This document shows, piece by piece, positions 1-10,410 of a DNA stretch of 64,000 bases; position 1 is the stretch's first letter; every line of letters begins with the position of its first letter. The stretch lies in assembly GCA_016700035.1 (NCBI GenBank), contig CP064998.1, positions 334,790 to 398,789 of the forward strand, written 5' to 3'. Position numbers and translations under genes: made by a program. The notes beneath the pieces were generated by a model that had not been told where the DNA came from, made no database searches, and saw nothing but the letters and a program-made list of their open reading frames with translations. This DNA comes from a bacterium (GTDB taxonomy: Bacteria > Patescibacteriota > Saccharimonadia > CAILAD01 > GCA-016700035).

Positions 1-41
1 TGTGTCAGCTCGCTAAACTAGAATAAACGGAGGGGAGTGAA

Positions 42-1700
42 GTGGCAAAAACTGCAACAATACCAAAATATATTTTTATTACAGGAGGAGTAGTTTCAGG
101 GTCTGGAAAAGGCATTACGGCGGCGTCAATCGGCGTCATTTTAAAATCTCGAGGCTTGCGGGTAAACATTCAAAAAATGGACCCGTATTTTAATTTTGAT
201 GCCGGTACGTTAAATCCGGCCGAGCACGGTGAGGTGTTTGTAACGGCCGATGGTGGAGAGGCAGATTTAGATTTAGGCCATTATGAGCGATTTATAGACC
301 AGCAGCTAAATCGGAGTAGCTCGGTGATGAGTGGGCAGGTTTACTCAAAAGTGTTTGCCGATGAGCGCGATGGATTGTTTTTAGGTAAGACAGTCCAGGT
401 AATTCCTCATATTACTGATGAATATCAGCGCCGTATCCAAGATGCCGCCAAGGGTTTTGATGTTTTGATTTGCGAGGTTGGTGGGACAATTGGCGATTAT
501 GAGTCGCTTGCTGTTATTGAGGCGTTGCGTCAGTTTAAGCGACGTGTGGGTGCCGATAATGTACTTTATACTCATGTTGTATTTTTGCCGTATTTAGCTG
601 CCAGCAAAGAGATAAAGACTAAACCTGCTCAGAATTCAGTCCGAGACTTGCGAGAAGCCGGAATCCAGCCCGATATCTTGGCGGTTCGTAGTGACTATGA
701 GCTCAAGGCATCAGTTTTTGATAAGTTATCGATGTATTGTGATGTTGATAAGGAGGCGATTGTTGGCCTTCCTACACTTAAGAGCGTCTATGAGGTACCA
801 TTGCGGATGGAAGAGTCCGGGATTGGCGACTATATTGTGGAACGACTGGGTCTGCCGGCTCAATCGGCTAAGTTAGATGATTGGTACGATTTGGCCGATC
901 GAGTGCTAGAAGACAAGCCTGAGGTAACTATTGGTATAGTGGCAAAATATCTAGACCATGAAGACACTTATATGTCGGTTGTGGAGGCACTTAAGTCAGC
1001 CGGTTGGAAGCATTCCAGGAATGTTAAGGTGCGCTGGATTGATGCCGAAAAACTTACAGTAAATCAGAAAGCCCTAAAAGAAGTTGATGGCATATTGGTA
1101 CCGGGTGGTTTTGGTGAGCGTGGGGTTGAGGGTAAGATTATTGCCACACAGTATGCTCGTGAAAATAATGTGCCTTATCTCGGTATATGTTTAGGTTTAC
1201 AGATAGCAGTGATTGAGGCGGCTAGGAATATTCTAAAATTAGAGGGTGCTCATTCACTTGAGTTTGATCATGATGCCCCGCACCATGTGGTGAGCTTGAT
1301 GGAGGACCAGACAGGTGTTCGCCTGGGTGGGTCGATGCGATTAGGTGATTACCCGACAGCCTTGACGGAAAGCTCATTGGCTCATCGACTCTATGGCGTT
1401 AATCATATTTCGGAACGTCATCGTCATCGATATGAGGTAAATAATAGCTATCGTGATGAACTGGAGTCAGTAGGGATGCGGTTTTCTGGCCTTTCACCAG
1501 ATGGGCAGTTAGTAGAAATAATAGAATATCCGCAGCACAGATTTTTTGTTGCCAGCCAATTCCATCCTGAGTTTAGTTCTCGACCGATGCGACCAGCACC
1601 ACTTTTTGATGGGTTCGTTGGGGCATCAGCGGGACTTTTGCAATCTGCAATGGACAGCGCTACAATGGATATAACAACTGTACAGAAAAGGAAGGGCTAG
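42..1700 (+). CDS. pyrG: CTP synthase (glutamine-hydrolysing); GTG start preceded by GGAGGGG RBS
   Basis: 552 aa; N-terminal synthetase domain (ITGGVVSGSGKGI, DPYFN) and C-terminal glutamine amidotransferase (GICLGLQ, HRHRYEVN) motifs read directly from translation. Confidence 0.95.
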   Translation: MAKTATIPKYIFITGGVVSGSGKGITAASIGVILKSRGLRVNIQKMDPYFNFDAGTLNPAEHGEVFVTADGGEADLDLGHYERFIDQQLNRSSSVMSGQVYSKVFADERDGLFLGKTVQVIPHITDEYQRRIQDAAKGFDVLICEVGGTIGDYESLAVIEALRQFKRRVGADNVLYTHVVFLPYLAASKEIKTKPAQNSVRDLREAGIQPDILAVRSDYELKASVFDKLSMYCDVDKEAIVGLPTLKSVYEVPLRMEESGIGDYIVERLGLPAQSAKLDDWYDLADRVLEDKPEVTIGIVAKYLDHEDTYMSVVEALKSAGWKHSRNVKVRWIDAEKLTVNQKALKEVDGILVPGGFGERGVEGKIIATQYARENNVPYLGICLGLQIAVIEAARNILKLEGAHSLEFDHDAPHHVVSLMEDQTGVRLGGSMRLGDYPTALTESSLAHRLYGVNHISERHRHRYEVNNSYRDELESVGMRFSGLSPDGQLVEIIEYPQHRFFVASQFHPEFSSRPMRPAPLFDGFVGASAGLLQSAMDSATMDITTVQKRKG

Positions 1701-1703
1701 GTA

Positions 1704-2117
1704 ATGTCTGATAAAACACCAACTATTTTATTAGTAGAAGATGATGCGGAGCTGGCTAGTGTGTATCGAGCGCGCTTTGAGGCCGAGGGCTTTAATACAG
1801 CTTGGGCGGAGAATGGAGAGAATGCCTTAGCTCGTGTGGTTGAGTCTAAGCCAGACATAATTTTATTAGACATCATGATGCCTCGTGTTTCTGGGTTTGA
1901 TGTGTTAGATATATTGCGCAATACTCCGCAGACACAACATGCCAAGATCATCATGATGTCTGCCCTGTCTAGTGATAAGGATATTGCTAAGGCAAAATCA
2001 CTCGGGGTGGATGATTATTTGGTAAAAAGCCAGGTAGCGATGGCCGATGTGGTGCATATTGTACGTAAGCATTTAGGTATGACTAAGGGGCCTGAAGCAA
2101 ATGCAAGCCAGGCCTAG
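1704..2117 (+). CDS. Stand-alone response-regulator receiver domain (CheY-like)
   Basis: 137 aa; LLVEDD acidic pocket, LLDIMMP phospho-acceptor Asp region, conserved K in DDYLVK; no output domain; 4 nt after pyrG stop. Confidence 0.8.
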   Translation: MSDKTPTILLVEDDAELASVYRARFEAEGFNTAWAENGENALARVVESKPDIILLDIMMPRVSGFDVLDILRNTPQTQHAKIIMMSALSSDKDIAKAKSLGVDDYLVKSQVAMADVVHIVRKHLGMTKGPEANASQA

Positions 2118-2144
2118 ATTAAGCTAGTAGATAAAATTTAATAT

Positions 2145-2180
2145 ACAAAAAATACCCCTATAATTAAGGGGTATTTTTTT
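2145..2180. terminator. Bidirectional rho-independent terminator between convergent response regulator and rpmA
   Basis: AAAAAA-TACCCCT-ataatta-AGGGGTA-TTTTTTT hairpin flanked by A-run and T-run. Confidence 0.6.
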
Positions 2181-2189
2181 AAGAGGTGA

Positions 2190-2474
2190 TTAAGCTTCGA
2201 TTGGCGTAACAAAGACGACAGTCTTACGTCGCTTTGCGCCAGAAAAAAGAGTCTTACGGGTTTGTCGGAAGCTTACCTGACCATCTATTCCGGCGTGGAT
2301 AGTATAGTCTTTACCAAGAAAGGTATTTTCACCTGCTTCATACTTATTGCCACGCTGACGGATAATAATATCTCCAGTAGTAACTTCTTGACCACCAAAA
2401 AGTTTAACACCAAGGCGCTTCGAGCGTGAATCGCGACCGTTTTTTGTAGAGCCACCAGCTTTAGTCTTTGACAT
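2190..2474 (-). CDS. rpmA: 50S ribosomal protein L27
   Basis: 94 aa; [20 protein letters not shown]...FRQTRK typical L27 sequence. Confidence 0.95.
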   Translation of the reverse strand: MSKTKAGGSTKNGRDSRSKRLGVKLFGGQEVTTGDIIIRQRGNKYEAGENTFLGKDYTIHAGIDGQVSFRQTRKTLFSGAKRRKTVVFVTPIEA

Positions 2475-2485
2475 GGTTTTAGCGC

Positions 2486-3646
2486 TTATCCTTTCTTGAG
2501 TTTGATTATTGCGCGCCCGACCGTTTGGTGTGGTCGTCGATACACAAGTCTAGTTGTGTTATCTGGCGCAAACTGCTCAACAGTATACCCCATATCTGAT
2601 AAATCGTCAAGGATTGGCAGATGTATTGGAGATTGGGTGTCGGATGTAAACCAAACTGGTAGAGCGAAAATAATTGTTAGTGGTTTGGGGAAGTTGAGAA
2701 AGTTCTTGAAAACATTGTGGTAGAGGGGAGATAGGTTGGAGGCCTCATCTTTTAGTCTTTGGTTTGAGTTATTATGTAAGTCGGGGTTTCCCAGATAGCC
2801 TTCGCTAATTATGTGTGTTGTGGAGGGTGGTAATTGTATTGTTCTGGCATCAGCTTGAAAGACCTCAAAATTTGTTTGTGGAGTATGATGGAGACTACTA
2901 AACCAGTTAAGGTTTTTGCGAGTTGCATCAATCATATCGGCAGAAATATCGCTACCACTTACGTAGGCTTGTTTTAGGAGAGTTTCGGTTAGGATTACAC
3001 CAGTACCACAGAATGGGTCGTGGATATGGCTTGTGTTGGTTATGCCACCTAAATTAAGCATAATTTGAGCTAACTTAGGCGGTAGCATACCAACTCGAGC
3101 GTCTCTAGCTGGGCGATCTCGGTCTCGTTGAGTGTAGGAGGGTATATCCTGCTGCCAAGTGGTAACTCCAATAAGCCAGCTATTATGATATTTAATAAAA
3201 AATATTTCGCTATTTGGTTTGTTTAGTAATTTACCACCTTTTATGTGGCCGGCATTTAAGATTGTGCCGGTTTGAGGAAAGATGATTCTTGGGCGCTTAT
3301 TGTGTACTTGGGTGTAATATTTTTTTAGCTCTTTACCGATGTTGCGTAACTCGAGCGGGGATAAGTTAGCGGAAGATATACCAATTGTAACTTTTCCTGT
3401 TGGTGGGGGGTCGGCTAAGATTTTTACTGCGTCTTGAGCTAGCGTGGTAGTATCAGTGGCCTGACCGGTGATTTCTCCAGCCCGGATGACCCCACCAAGA
3501 TCATCCCAGATGGGGGGTGTATTTGCACCAATGGCAAGAGACTCGATAAAATCGACTTTAGTATTATGGGTAGCTACAGCCAATTCTGCCTGAACTAGAG
3601 ATTTTTCTCGACCCAGAAGGGCAAACCATTGCATATTATTTATCAT
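2486..3646 (-). CDS. Class I SAM-dependent RNA (guanine-N2-type) methyltransferase, UPF0020/Trm11-RlmL-like
   Basis: 386 aa; [17 protein letters not shown] and [12 protein letters not shown] (motif I) typical of putative RNA methylase family UPF0020. Confidence 0.65.
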   Translation of the reverse strand: MINNMQWFALLGREKSLVQAELAVATHNTKVDFIESLAIGANTPPIWDDLGGVIRAGEITGQATDTTTLAQDAVKILADPPPTGKVTIGISSANLSPLELRNIGKELKKYYTQVHNKRPRIIFPQTGTILNAGHIKGGKLLNKPNSEIFFIKYHNSWLIGVTTWQQDIPSYTQRDRDRPARDARVGMLPPKLAQIMLNLGGITNTSHIHDPFCGTGVILTETLLKQAYVSGSDISADMIDATRKNLNWFSSLHHTPQTNFEVFQADARTIQLPPSTTHIISEGYLGNPDLHNNSNQRLKDEASNLSPLYHNVFKNFLNFPKPLTIIFALPVWFTSDTQSPIHLPILDDLSDMGYTVEQFAPDNTTRLVYRRPHQTVGRAIIKLKKG

Positions 3647-3697
3647 AGCACTTAGCTACTGTATAAAGTCGCAAAAATATCTAAAACACCGTAGTAT

Positions 3698-4720
3698 ATG
3701 AGTATGAAATTGCGTCATTTTGTATTTTTTGTGGCGTTGATACTCTTGGGGTTGTTGTTTTTACGCAATGCCGGACAGCTTGAGCAGTTTATTAGTCTCA
3801 TTAAGGAACTAAATATCTGGGTATTGCTTTTAGTGTTGCCAGTTCGGTTTGGCTACTACTGGGCGAGTACGCGGTTTTATGATCATTTTTTTGGTGGAAT
3901 TTATAAGAAAAGAATTCCATTTTGGCACTTATTTGAAGGTGTGGTGAGTATGAACTTTGTCAATACTGTTGTACCTACCGGTGGAGTATCGGGGGCGGCT
4001 TACTTTGCGCAGATATTTCGTACTAAAATATCCCAAAAACAATCATTTATTGCCCAGTTTTTTTGGTATATTGCGACTTTTTTAAGCTTAGTAATTGTGT
4101 TGGCAATAAGCTTTTTGGTGTTATTTTTCTCGAAGGCGATTATTCAGGTTAGTTATCGGTTGGTTTTAATTGTTGTGAGCTTACTGTTGTTTATAGCCCT
4201 TTCGGTAATTGCAATGACACTAAACCCTCGATTGTTTGAGCGAGTACTATTTTATCTGACACGACCCATTAACTGGGTATTAAAACTACTGCGCAAAGGC
4301 AAGATTGGCGAGAGGCAAACATCGCAGTTTGTTGATGGCTATCGGACGTTAATTCAGCTTTTTGCCAAAGATCCTCGGCGGGCTTTGCGACCGCTTAGCG
4401 ATGCGCTTTTGTGTATTACGTTTGAGGTACTGAGTATTTTTATTGTATTTTTGGCTTTTGGACAAGTGGTTAATCCAGGTATGATTGGGGCGGCATATAT
4501 TTTTGCTCTGCTGATGTCGACCGTATCATTTTTTACATCTGGAGTAGGTATGTATGAAGCCACTATGGTGGCCGTAGAGGTAGCTTTGGGTGTGCCGTTT
4601 GGTTTGGCTTTTTCGGTAACAACTATTTATCGGTTAGTAGCTCTGTGGCTGTTTATTCCAGTTGGTTTGTGGTTCTATAAGCGCCAAGTTTTAGATGAAG
4701 AGGGTAGGGCTAATGGATGA
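3698..4720 (+). CDS. Polytopic membrane protein (flippase-like/UPF0104-type)
   Basis: 340 aa, about 8 hydrophobic helices; no catalytic motif recognised. Confidence 0.5.
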   Translation: MSMKLRHFVFFVALILLGLLFLRNAGQLEQFISLIKELNIWVLLLVLPVRFGYYWASTRFYDHFFGGIYKKRIPFWHLFEGVVSMNFVNTVVPTGGVSGAAYFAQIFRTKISQKQSFIAQFFWYIATFLSLVIVLAISFLVLFFSKAIIQVSYRLVLIVVSLLLFIALSVIAMTLNPRLFERVLFYLTRPINWVLKLLRKGKIGERQTSQFVDGYRTLIQLFAKDPRRALRPLSDALLCITFEVLSIFIVFLAFGQVVNPGMIGAAYIFALLMSTVSFFTSGVGMYEATMVAVEVALGVPFGLAFSVTTIYRLVALWLFIPVGLWFYKRQVLDEEGRANG

Positions 4721-5918
4721 TCAAGTCCTCTCGGTAACTGAATTACGAGAGTTTGTAAATCAGACTTTAAGTTATGCCTATCCGCTAGTTGTGGTGGAGG
4801 GTGAGATATCGGGTTTTCGGATTAATCAGGGGAAATGGGTGTTTTTCGACCTTAAGGACAGTGAGACGACGATTAGCTGTTTTATGACAAAATATCAACT
4901 CAAGACGGTGCTAGAAGACGGAATGCTAGTGCGCGTAGCAGCTACACCTAATTTGACTAAGTGGGGTAAATTTTCATTGACGGTTAAAGAGGTTGAGCTT
5001 GCTGGTGCGGGCGAGGTGATGCGAGCCTATGAGCTTTTAAAGGCTCAATTTGAGAAAGAAGGTTTATTTGATGTGGCCCGTAAGCGATCTTTACCCGAAT
5101 ATCCACAGAAAATAGGACTGATTACTAGTCGTGATGCTGCTGCTTATAATGATTTTGTAACTATCGCTCAGGATCGTTGGCCACTAGCGGATATTCGGCA
5201 TATTCATGTGCATGTTCAGGGGATGCAGGCACCAGTGGACGTTGTTTCGGCACTTCGGCAACTCAATTGCGATGATACTGATTTGGAAGCGATAGTGTTA
5301 ATTCGTGGTGGCGGTAGTGCAGAGGATTTGCAAGCTTTTAACCACGAGGATGTGGTGCGAGCGGTATATGCTAGTCATATTCCGGTTGTGGTAGGTATTG
5401 GCCATGAGGATGATGTTAGTTTGGCAGAATTGGTTGCTGACGTTCGAGCTTCCACTCCAACTGATGCGGCTCGGCGTCTGCTACCTGATCGGCGTGAAGT
5501 AACTCGGCATCTACAAAGATTACAGGATCGTGGTGGCATGGCTATGGATAAGATTTTGGAGCAGATTGATAGGGTAATTAATCAGTTTAGTCAGCAGCAG
5601 TCGCGGTTGACGGGGCGACTTTTTGATCGTATTAGCTGGCAGGAGACTAGAATTCGGATGGCTATTGAAAAGAGTATTGAAAAACTACATCATCGTGTTT
5701 TACTAGCTAGCCAGACACTGACCGGAATTAATCCAGAACGGATCTTGGCTCAGGGGTATGCAATAGTTCGTCAAAGCTCTCAAGTCATTCATGATCCAGA
5801 GGAGTTGCGCCCTGATGAGCCTATTCTGGTACAATTACATAAAGGTACCGTTCAGTTAATGGTAGATGATAAGGAGATAGCTGATGACGAAGACCAAACC
5901 AGCCTCAAGTTTTCGTGA
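4713..5918 (+). CDS. xseA: Exodeoxyribonuclease VII large subunit (start taken at internal Met MDDQVLSVTEL; ORF track extends to 4695)
   Basis: OB-fold N-terminus (LSVTELxxFVNQTL...VVEGEIS) and catalytic domain with long coiled-coil C-terminus; followed by overlapping xseB. Confidence 0.9.
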   Translation: MDDQVLSVTELREFVNQTLSYAYPLVVVEGEISGFRINQGKWVFFDLKDSETTISCFMTKYQLKTVLEDGMLVRVAATPNLTKWGKFSLTVKEVELAGAGEVMRAYELLKAQFEKEGLFDVARKRSLPEYPQKIGLITSRDAAAYNDFVTIAQDRWPLADIRHIHVHVQGMQAPVDVVSALRQLNCDDTDLEAIVLIRGGGSAEDLQAFNHEDVVRAVYASHIPVVVGIGHEDDVSLAELVADVRASTPTDAARRLLPDRREVTRHLQRLQDRGGMAMDKILEQIDRVINQFSQQQSRLTGRLFDRISWQETRIRMAIEKSIEKLHHRVLLASQTLTGINPERILAQGYAIVRQSSQVIHDPEELRPDEPILVQLHKGTVQLMVDDKEIADDEDQTSLKFS

Positions 5919-6099
5919 GGACTTAAATGAGCTTGAAGAAATTACTCAGGCGCTTGAAGGTGATGTAGTGGATCTGGAAGATGCCCTCAAGTCGTTTGAG
6001 CGTGGCAATGAATTAGTTGCAAAGCTCAAGCAGCAACTTGAAACAGCTCAGTTGCGAGTCCAAGAAATCCAATCCGTAAAGTCTGAGAAAAAAGACTAG
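5884..6099 (+). CDS. xseB: Exodeoxyribonuclease VII small subunit
   Basis: 71 aa; FEEALxxLEEIxxxLEgg..LEeal..fErG..L motif; 35-nt overlap with xseA. Confidence 0.85.
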   Translation: MTKTKPASSFREDLNELEEITQALEGDVVDLEDALKSFERGNELVAKLKQQLETAQLRVQEIQSVKSEKKD

Positions 6100-6127
6100 A
6101 CAAAAATTTATAAATATGGTATAGTGC

Positions 6128-6547
6128 ATGATTATGTATCATGATTATGCCACTATCTTATTAAAACAACATGCTAATGTCGCTTCCGAGCGCACTGCAG
6201 CTCATGCTATGAAGGTGCTTGACCGCCGAGTATTAGAATTATTCTCAACAGAAAAAAGAGATCTTGCTCAGCAACTCCTACCTGGCTTGAATCGCCGTCG
6301 TCTAGGCAGTCGCTTTGGCTTGCATCGTCCAGTACCTAAGGGTGATGCTGTGATGTACGACATATTTTTAGATCGAGTGCGCAAAGACTTAGGTCTAACT
6401 GACAATAGCGAAGCAGAGATGTATTTTGATGCTTATATGCGTAGTCATATTAATTTGATGACCAATAGCGCACGTCTAGAGTTCGCCACTGTTTGTGAAG
6501 GTGATGTTTTACGAGCCTATTTACGAGCAGTCGATTTTATGGCCTAA
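6128..6547 (+). CDS. Hypothetical protein
   Basis: 139-aa ORF with no recognised motif; codon usage matches neighbours. Confidence 0.4.
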   Translation: MIMYHDYATILLKQHANVASERTAAHAMKVLDRRVLELFSTEKRDLAQQLLPGLNRRRLGSRFGLHRPVPKGDAVMYDIFLDRVRKDLGLTDNSEAEMYFDAYMRSHINLMTNSARLEFATVCEGDVLRAYLRAVDFMA

Positions 6548-6567
6548 GCTTGTCATAAAAAGGAGGG

Positions 6568-7395
6568 ATGATGCCACAAATTCAGCAAACTGCTGACCTT
6601 CATGACGACAGAGCTTTATTTGAATTAGCGCTTGGCCCCGTAAACCGCACCAGTGTAGCTTTATGCGGAGGTAGCCCACGTGGTTTTGCTGATATTTCCT
6701 ATATTTATGAGGTTTGGCAGAGTTTGCGTATTCCGGTTGCCTTTATTACACCGCCTAATATGGAAAGCTATATTCCAGCAGGAGTGCCACATGCAGTTAG
6801 TGGCTTGCCAGTAGGATCAGCACAGGCTAGCGAGGCTTGGCGCGTATTGAATTCGGCCGGAATGGTGATAGTGGGGCCAAATATGCAATTAACCAGTGCT
6901 CAGCAGGTATTTTTTTCAAAACTATTACCAACTATATCGGTACCAACAGTGTTGACCGATGAAGCTCTACCACTGTGGCGGATTGATCGAGCAATACAAG
7001 ACAACCCTGTGATTGTACTGTTTGCTAATACTGAATCAGTAGCAAAAATAACTACTAGATCTAAGCCTATTATTGAAAGAGGTATCTTTGGTGTGCAGGA
7101 ATTTATGCGGGATCTACCAGTGGCTTCGGATATCTGTATTGTTTATGATGCGGTGCGTCTGTATGTCTATATTCGCTCTAGTGACACCCTTATTCATACG
7201 CCCCTCATAGGGTCGGTAGCTCAGGTTAAGAATTTGATTGTCAGCTTATTACCAATTACGTTGTATGTTCGTTCGCGCAGTGTCAGTCTTGAGGATCGAG
7301 CTCGAGTAATGTGTACTTTATTTGTCCAGATATCGCAAGCACCAGAGCAGACTTCGTCTGAATGGGTGCGCATTATCAGGCAAAAACTTAGCTAG
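6568..7395 (+). CDS. Hypothetical protein
   Basis: 275-aa ORF preceded by AAAGGAGGGAT RBS; no recognised family. Confidence 0.45.
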   Translation: MMPQIQQTADLHDDRALFELALGPVNRTSVALCGGSPRGFADISYIYEVWQSLRIPVAFITPPNMESYIPAGVPHAVSGLPVGSAQASEAWRVLNSAGMVIVGPNMQLTSAQQVFFSKLLPTISVPTVLTDEALPLWRIDRAIQDNPVIVLFANTESVAKITTRSKPIIERGIFGVQEFMRDLPVASDICIVYDAVRLYVYIRSSDTLIHTPLIGSVAQVKNLIVSLLPITLYVRSRSVSLEDRARVMCTLFVQISQAPEQTSSEWVRIIRQKLS

Positions 7396-8684
7396 ACCGC
7401 TTCTGGCAAATAATTACGTTCTGGTGCTGTACTTGGAGCTGGAGATGTACTTGGGGTTGAGTCTGACTCTCGGCTACCCAAGCCAATCATGCGCAGAAGC
7501 TGATCAAAGAAAGATGGGGCATTACCAGGTAGGGCAGCATCATTGGTATTTTGAGCTGTGGCTATTTGTGGCTTCTGCTCTGGTCTGGTTGGCGACGGTT
7601 CTATCTGATTAGCCGTAATAATTAGGCGCTTCCAGCTTGTACCGGGAGGAGTGCAAGTAATGAGAGTTAGGATTGGATCAGTTGTTGGTTGCAAGACAGA
7701 TATTTCGGTTGGAGCGACAATCTTTTTACTAGCCACCTGATAAACATAGCGTTTCTTTTGGTAGTTTACTTGAATTTGATCGCCTGGCTCGAGTTTTTCT
7801 AATAGTGCGAAGACAAATTTATAATTGCCCGGCTCCCACCAATCATTAGATGAGTGACCCACGATCACGGCATTACTTGGCTCGCCAGGTAGGGCTGTTC
7901 CAGCATAGTGAACTACACCATTACGTAGGGCATTTTGGATGGCGTTTTCAGCAATGGATGGCTCAAAGACGATTGGAGCATTAACGTTAAGTTTAGGGAT
8001 GATAATAACATCTGGTGAATCAATTGGTTGGGCGGCGTTAGTTGAAGCAACCGGGGTAACAGTGGGTGTGGAGACTGGTGCAGTAGCTACTTGCGGTGGA
8101 GTAGCACCAAAAACATTACATATGGCATCGATTTTAGTTTGGTAGCAGAGCTGAACACCAATTGTGCCGAAGTTAAATACCAGCATAAAAACAGCAAATG
8201 AAACCAAGCCGACACCGGCGTAGCGTAAATTACGTCTGGAAAATATGGTTGCTAGCTTAAGTTTTAGGGCGATCTTACCAAGTAGGGTGGTAGCGGAGCT
8301 CTTTTCTTTTTCGGCTTGCAAGCCGTGGGCGGAAAAAGTATCGAAGTTAGGTGATAGATTAAAGCGAATTTTTGGCAATTCAGTAGCAGGTTGCTCAATG
8401 TTGGCTGGAGGCACTTCTATTGGGGCGCCAAGCTCAGCTAGATCAGCTGTATGGGCGTTACCGTTAGGATTACGAAAAACTGGAATTGCTGGTATTTCGG
8501 TCTTTTTTATAGTTTCGGGGTGTTCTGGTGCTTTGGGAGTCTCAAAATTTGGATTTTGAGGAATATGGGTGGTTGGCTGAATAGGCGGTGGCGTACTCGA
8601 GAGATCGCTAAAGCTCAGTGTCCCGTGTTGATTTTGGGCACCTTTTGTGTGGTCTTTTTCTTCATCTGGGTATGGCGTAGACAT
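7392..8684 (-). CDS. Sortase-family transpeptidase with Pro-rich N-terminal cytoplasmic region and a TM anchor
   Basis: 430 aa; catalytic His (VIVGHSS) and TLITC Cys motif, conserved downstream Arg; single hydrophobic helix. Confidence 0.8.
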   Translation of the reverse strand: MSTPYPDEEKDHTKGAQNQHGTLSFSDLSSTPPPIQPTTHIPQNPNFETPKAPEHPETIKKTEIPAIPVFRNPNGNAHTADLAELGAPIEVPPANIEQPATELPKIRFNLSPNFDTFSAHGLQAEKEKSSATTLLGKIALKLKLATIFSRRNLRYAGVGLVSFAVFMLVFNFGTIGVQLCYQTKIDAICNVFGATPPQVATAPVSTPTVTPVASTNAAQPIDSPDVIIIPKLNVNAPIVFEPSIAENAIQNALRNGVVHYAGTALPGEPSNAVIVGHSSNDWWEPGNYKFVFALLEKLEPGDQIQVNYQKKRYVYQVASKKIVAPTEISVLQPTTDPILTLITCTPPGTSWKRLIITANQIEPSPTRPEQKPQIATAQNTNDAALPGNAPSFFDQLLRMIGLGSRESDSTPSTSPAPSTAPERNYLPEAV

Positions 8685-8730
8685 AGTCTATCGTATTATA
8701 ATGCATTCGCACCCTTTTTAACAGATACAG

Positions 8731-8817
8731 GCCAGAGTGGTGGAACTGGCAGACACGCACGACTCAAAATCGTGTGCGGGAAACCGCGTGTGGGTTCGAC
8801 TCCCACCTTTGGCACCA
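8731..8817 (+). tRNA. tRNA-Leu (anticodon CAA), type II with long variable arm, CCA encoded
   Basis: Manually folded: acceptor GCCAGAG/CTTTGGC, anticodon stem CACGA/TCGTG with loop CTCAAAA, variable stem-loop GCGG-gaaa-CCGC, T-arm GTGGG-TTCGACT-CCCAC. Confidence 0.85.
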
Positions 8818-8850
8818 AAGAGTATATCCATCAGCGGGGTATACTCTTTT

Positions 8851-9483
8851 TTATTCAGTAAATTTTTCAGGATCTAGATAAGATTGTGTTAAGTAGGAGC
8901 GAGAATTTTCCTGTTGTAAATAGAGGAGGGTTTTATTTTCAAAAAAGAGGATTGGGGAAGTGGGACTAATTTTAGTGATAAGTTCGCTATTTTGCCCGTC
9001 ATAATCAACTAGTTTTAGATCGGTTCCCAGTTTGATGGCTAGATGTTGATCATTCATCCAAGACCAATCCGTTAGGCCTTCGAGCGAAGTATCGGAGTGA
9101 TAGCGCTTGAAGCGTTCAAGATCGAGCGTTACCATGTGGTTTCCGGCATTGTGTACCAGGAAGCGATTATTAGGGCTCAGATTAATTGCGCTGACATTGT
9201 GCCCAATAATACTTTCGGTGCGTCGGTCTCGATTGCGGAAAATACCGGTATATAGCGTGAGGGTGCTTTGATCTTTGTTAAGTAAGGAAATATAATCGCG
9301 GTCGGTTGTGCGGATGTAGCGGGCTGTAAAGGCTTGGCCTACGGTTGTTAGGGTTGTGACCTCCTCATTGGCTGATGCGTTAATAGGACGAATAAAGAGC
9401 TTTTGAGTGGCGGTGGTTTGGCTAGCCGAGGCTTGATTAGTAATAAAGATTAGCCAGTCGTCAGACCATTCGGCAAAAATCAC
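8851..9483 (-). CDS. Beta-propeller (PD40/TolB-like repeat) protein segment; probably the 3' part of a frameshifted gene with 9480..10310
   Basis: GTG start only, no signal peptide, repeat-like beta-strand sequence; overlaps upstream ORF at an A6 homopolymer. Confidence 0.45.
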   Translation of the reverse strand: MIFAEWSDDWLIFITNQASASQTTATQKLFIRPINASANEEVTTLTTVGQAFTARYIRTTDRDYISLLNKDQSTLTLYTGIFRNRDRRTESIIGHNVSAINLSPNNRFLVHNAGNHMVTLDLERFKRYHSDTSLEGLTDWSWMNDQHLAIKLGTDLKLVDYDGQNSELITKISPTSPILFFENKTLLYLQQENSRSYLTQSYLDPEKFTE

Positions 9484-10310
9484 ATTCTCAGCCAGTATGC
9501 CAGAGATGTTTTTTCATGAATTTGGGCACGCCGTAAAATATTTTTTTCGGTGTAGATAATTTCGTTGTTACCTCGTGGTACCCAGCTAATCCAAGTTGGC
9601 GTAATTAGCAGGGTTTGCGATATATTCACAATAGCTGGTTGATCGTTATTATTTACTGTAGCAGTTAGCCATTGATTGGTGTTACTGGCTAAAGTAGCTC
9701 GAAAGAGGATTTTCGTGGAGTCATCGGAAAATTGTATGGAATCGATGCCAGTAACAGGTGAACCGACCGAGGCGGTAAGTTGGGCATTTGTAGCCATCGG
9801 GACAGGTGGACGCTTTAGGTCGGTTGAAGTAAATAGCTGAGGTTCGGTTGGTGTGGTGTTATCGACAAACACAAAGCGCTTGCGGTCTTGAGTTTGGGTG
9901 GCTTGAGTTATTTGCAGTTCTTCATATCGCCTGCGGGCCGGAATTTCATTTGGGATAAGCCAGGCATGATCGGCAAAGGTAACTTGGCCGGCTTGAACTG
10001 CAGTAAGGCTGGTCCAGGGCCGGAATTTATCTTTTTCATAGCGTATCTCATAATTGCCTATTGGTGCATTGGAATAGCGGAAATTCGTTTTTTGTGGTAG
10101 ACGTTCATTATTTATAGTAATGGTTGCCCCAGTTGGCTCACTACCCATTAGAATTAGGCCTGTTTCGGTAATTTCTCCTGTAAAAATATTGTATTGCCAG
10201 CCATTGGCGATTGCTATTAATAGCAATGTGCCAGCGACAACAACTGTACCGCCGACTAAATAAGAGATGAAATCACGAGTTCTTTTAGATATCTTCATAA
10301 ATACTTGCAA
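9480..10310 (-). CDS. Membrane-anchored PEGA-like/beta-propeller protein, N-terminal part
   Basis: 276 aa; N-terminal TM (LVGGTVVVAGTLLLIAIA), PEGA-like segment (NAPIGNYEIRYEKDKFRPW). Confidence 0.5.
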   Translation of the reverse strand: MQVFMKISKRTRDFISYLVGGTVVVAGTLLLIAIANGWQYNIFTGEITETGLILMGSEPTGATITINNERLPQKTNFRYSNAPIGNYEIRYEKDKFRPWTSLTAVQAGQVTFADHAWLIPNEIPARRRYEELQITQATQTQDRKRFVFVDNTTPTEPQLFTSTDLKRPPVPMATNAQLTASVGSPVTGIDSIQFSDDSTKILFRATLASNTNQWLTATVNNNDQPAIVNISQTLLITPTWISWVPRGNNEIIYTEKNILRRAQIHEKTSLAYWLRM

Positions 10311-10410
10311 GTTAGAACTTAGTGGTCTAAATTATACCAGAAAAGCTGGATTCGTCGGGTGATTATAGTCTATCTGGAGTGTGGCGGTTTTTTTCGATAC
10401 AATGGTAGTT

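Noticed and set aside
381-876. Short ORFs inside pyrG (381..575 -, 691..876 +)
   Set aside because: Embedded in a well-supported conserved gene; no independent support.
7392-8684. Sortase substrate (LPxTG) among neighbouring secreted proteins
   Set aside because: Checked the C-termini of nearby secreted proteins (14752..16230, 45063..45680, 45832..47805); none ends in an LPxTG-hydrophobic-basic sorting signal, so no substrate pairing can be claimed from this window.
8451-8861. 136-aa plus-strand ORF
   Set aside because: Overlaps the sortase gene antisense and runs straight through tRNA-Leu (8731..8817); no RBS; artefact.
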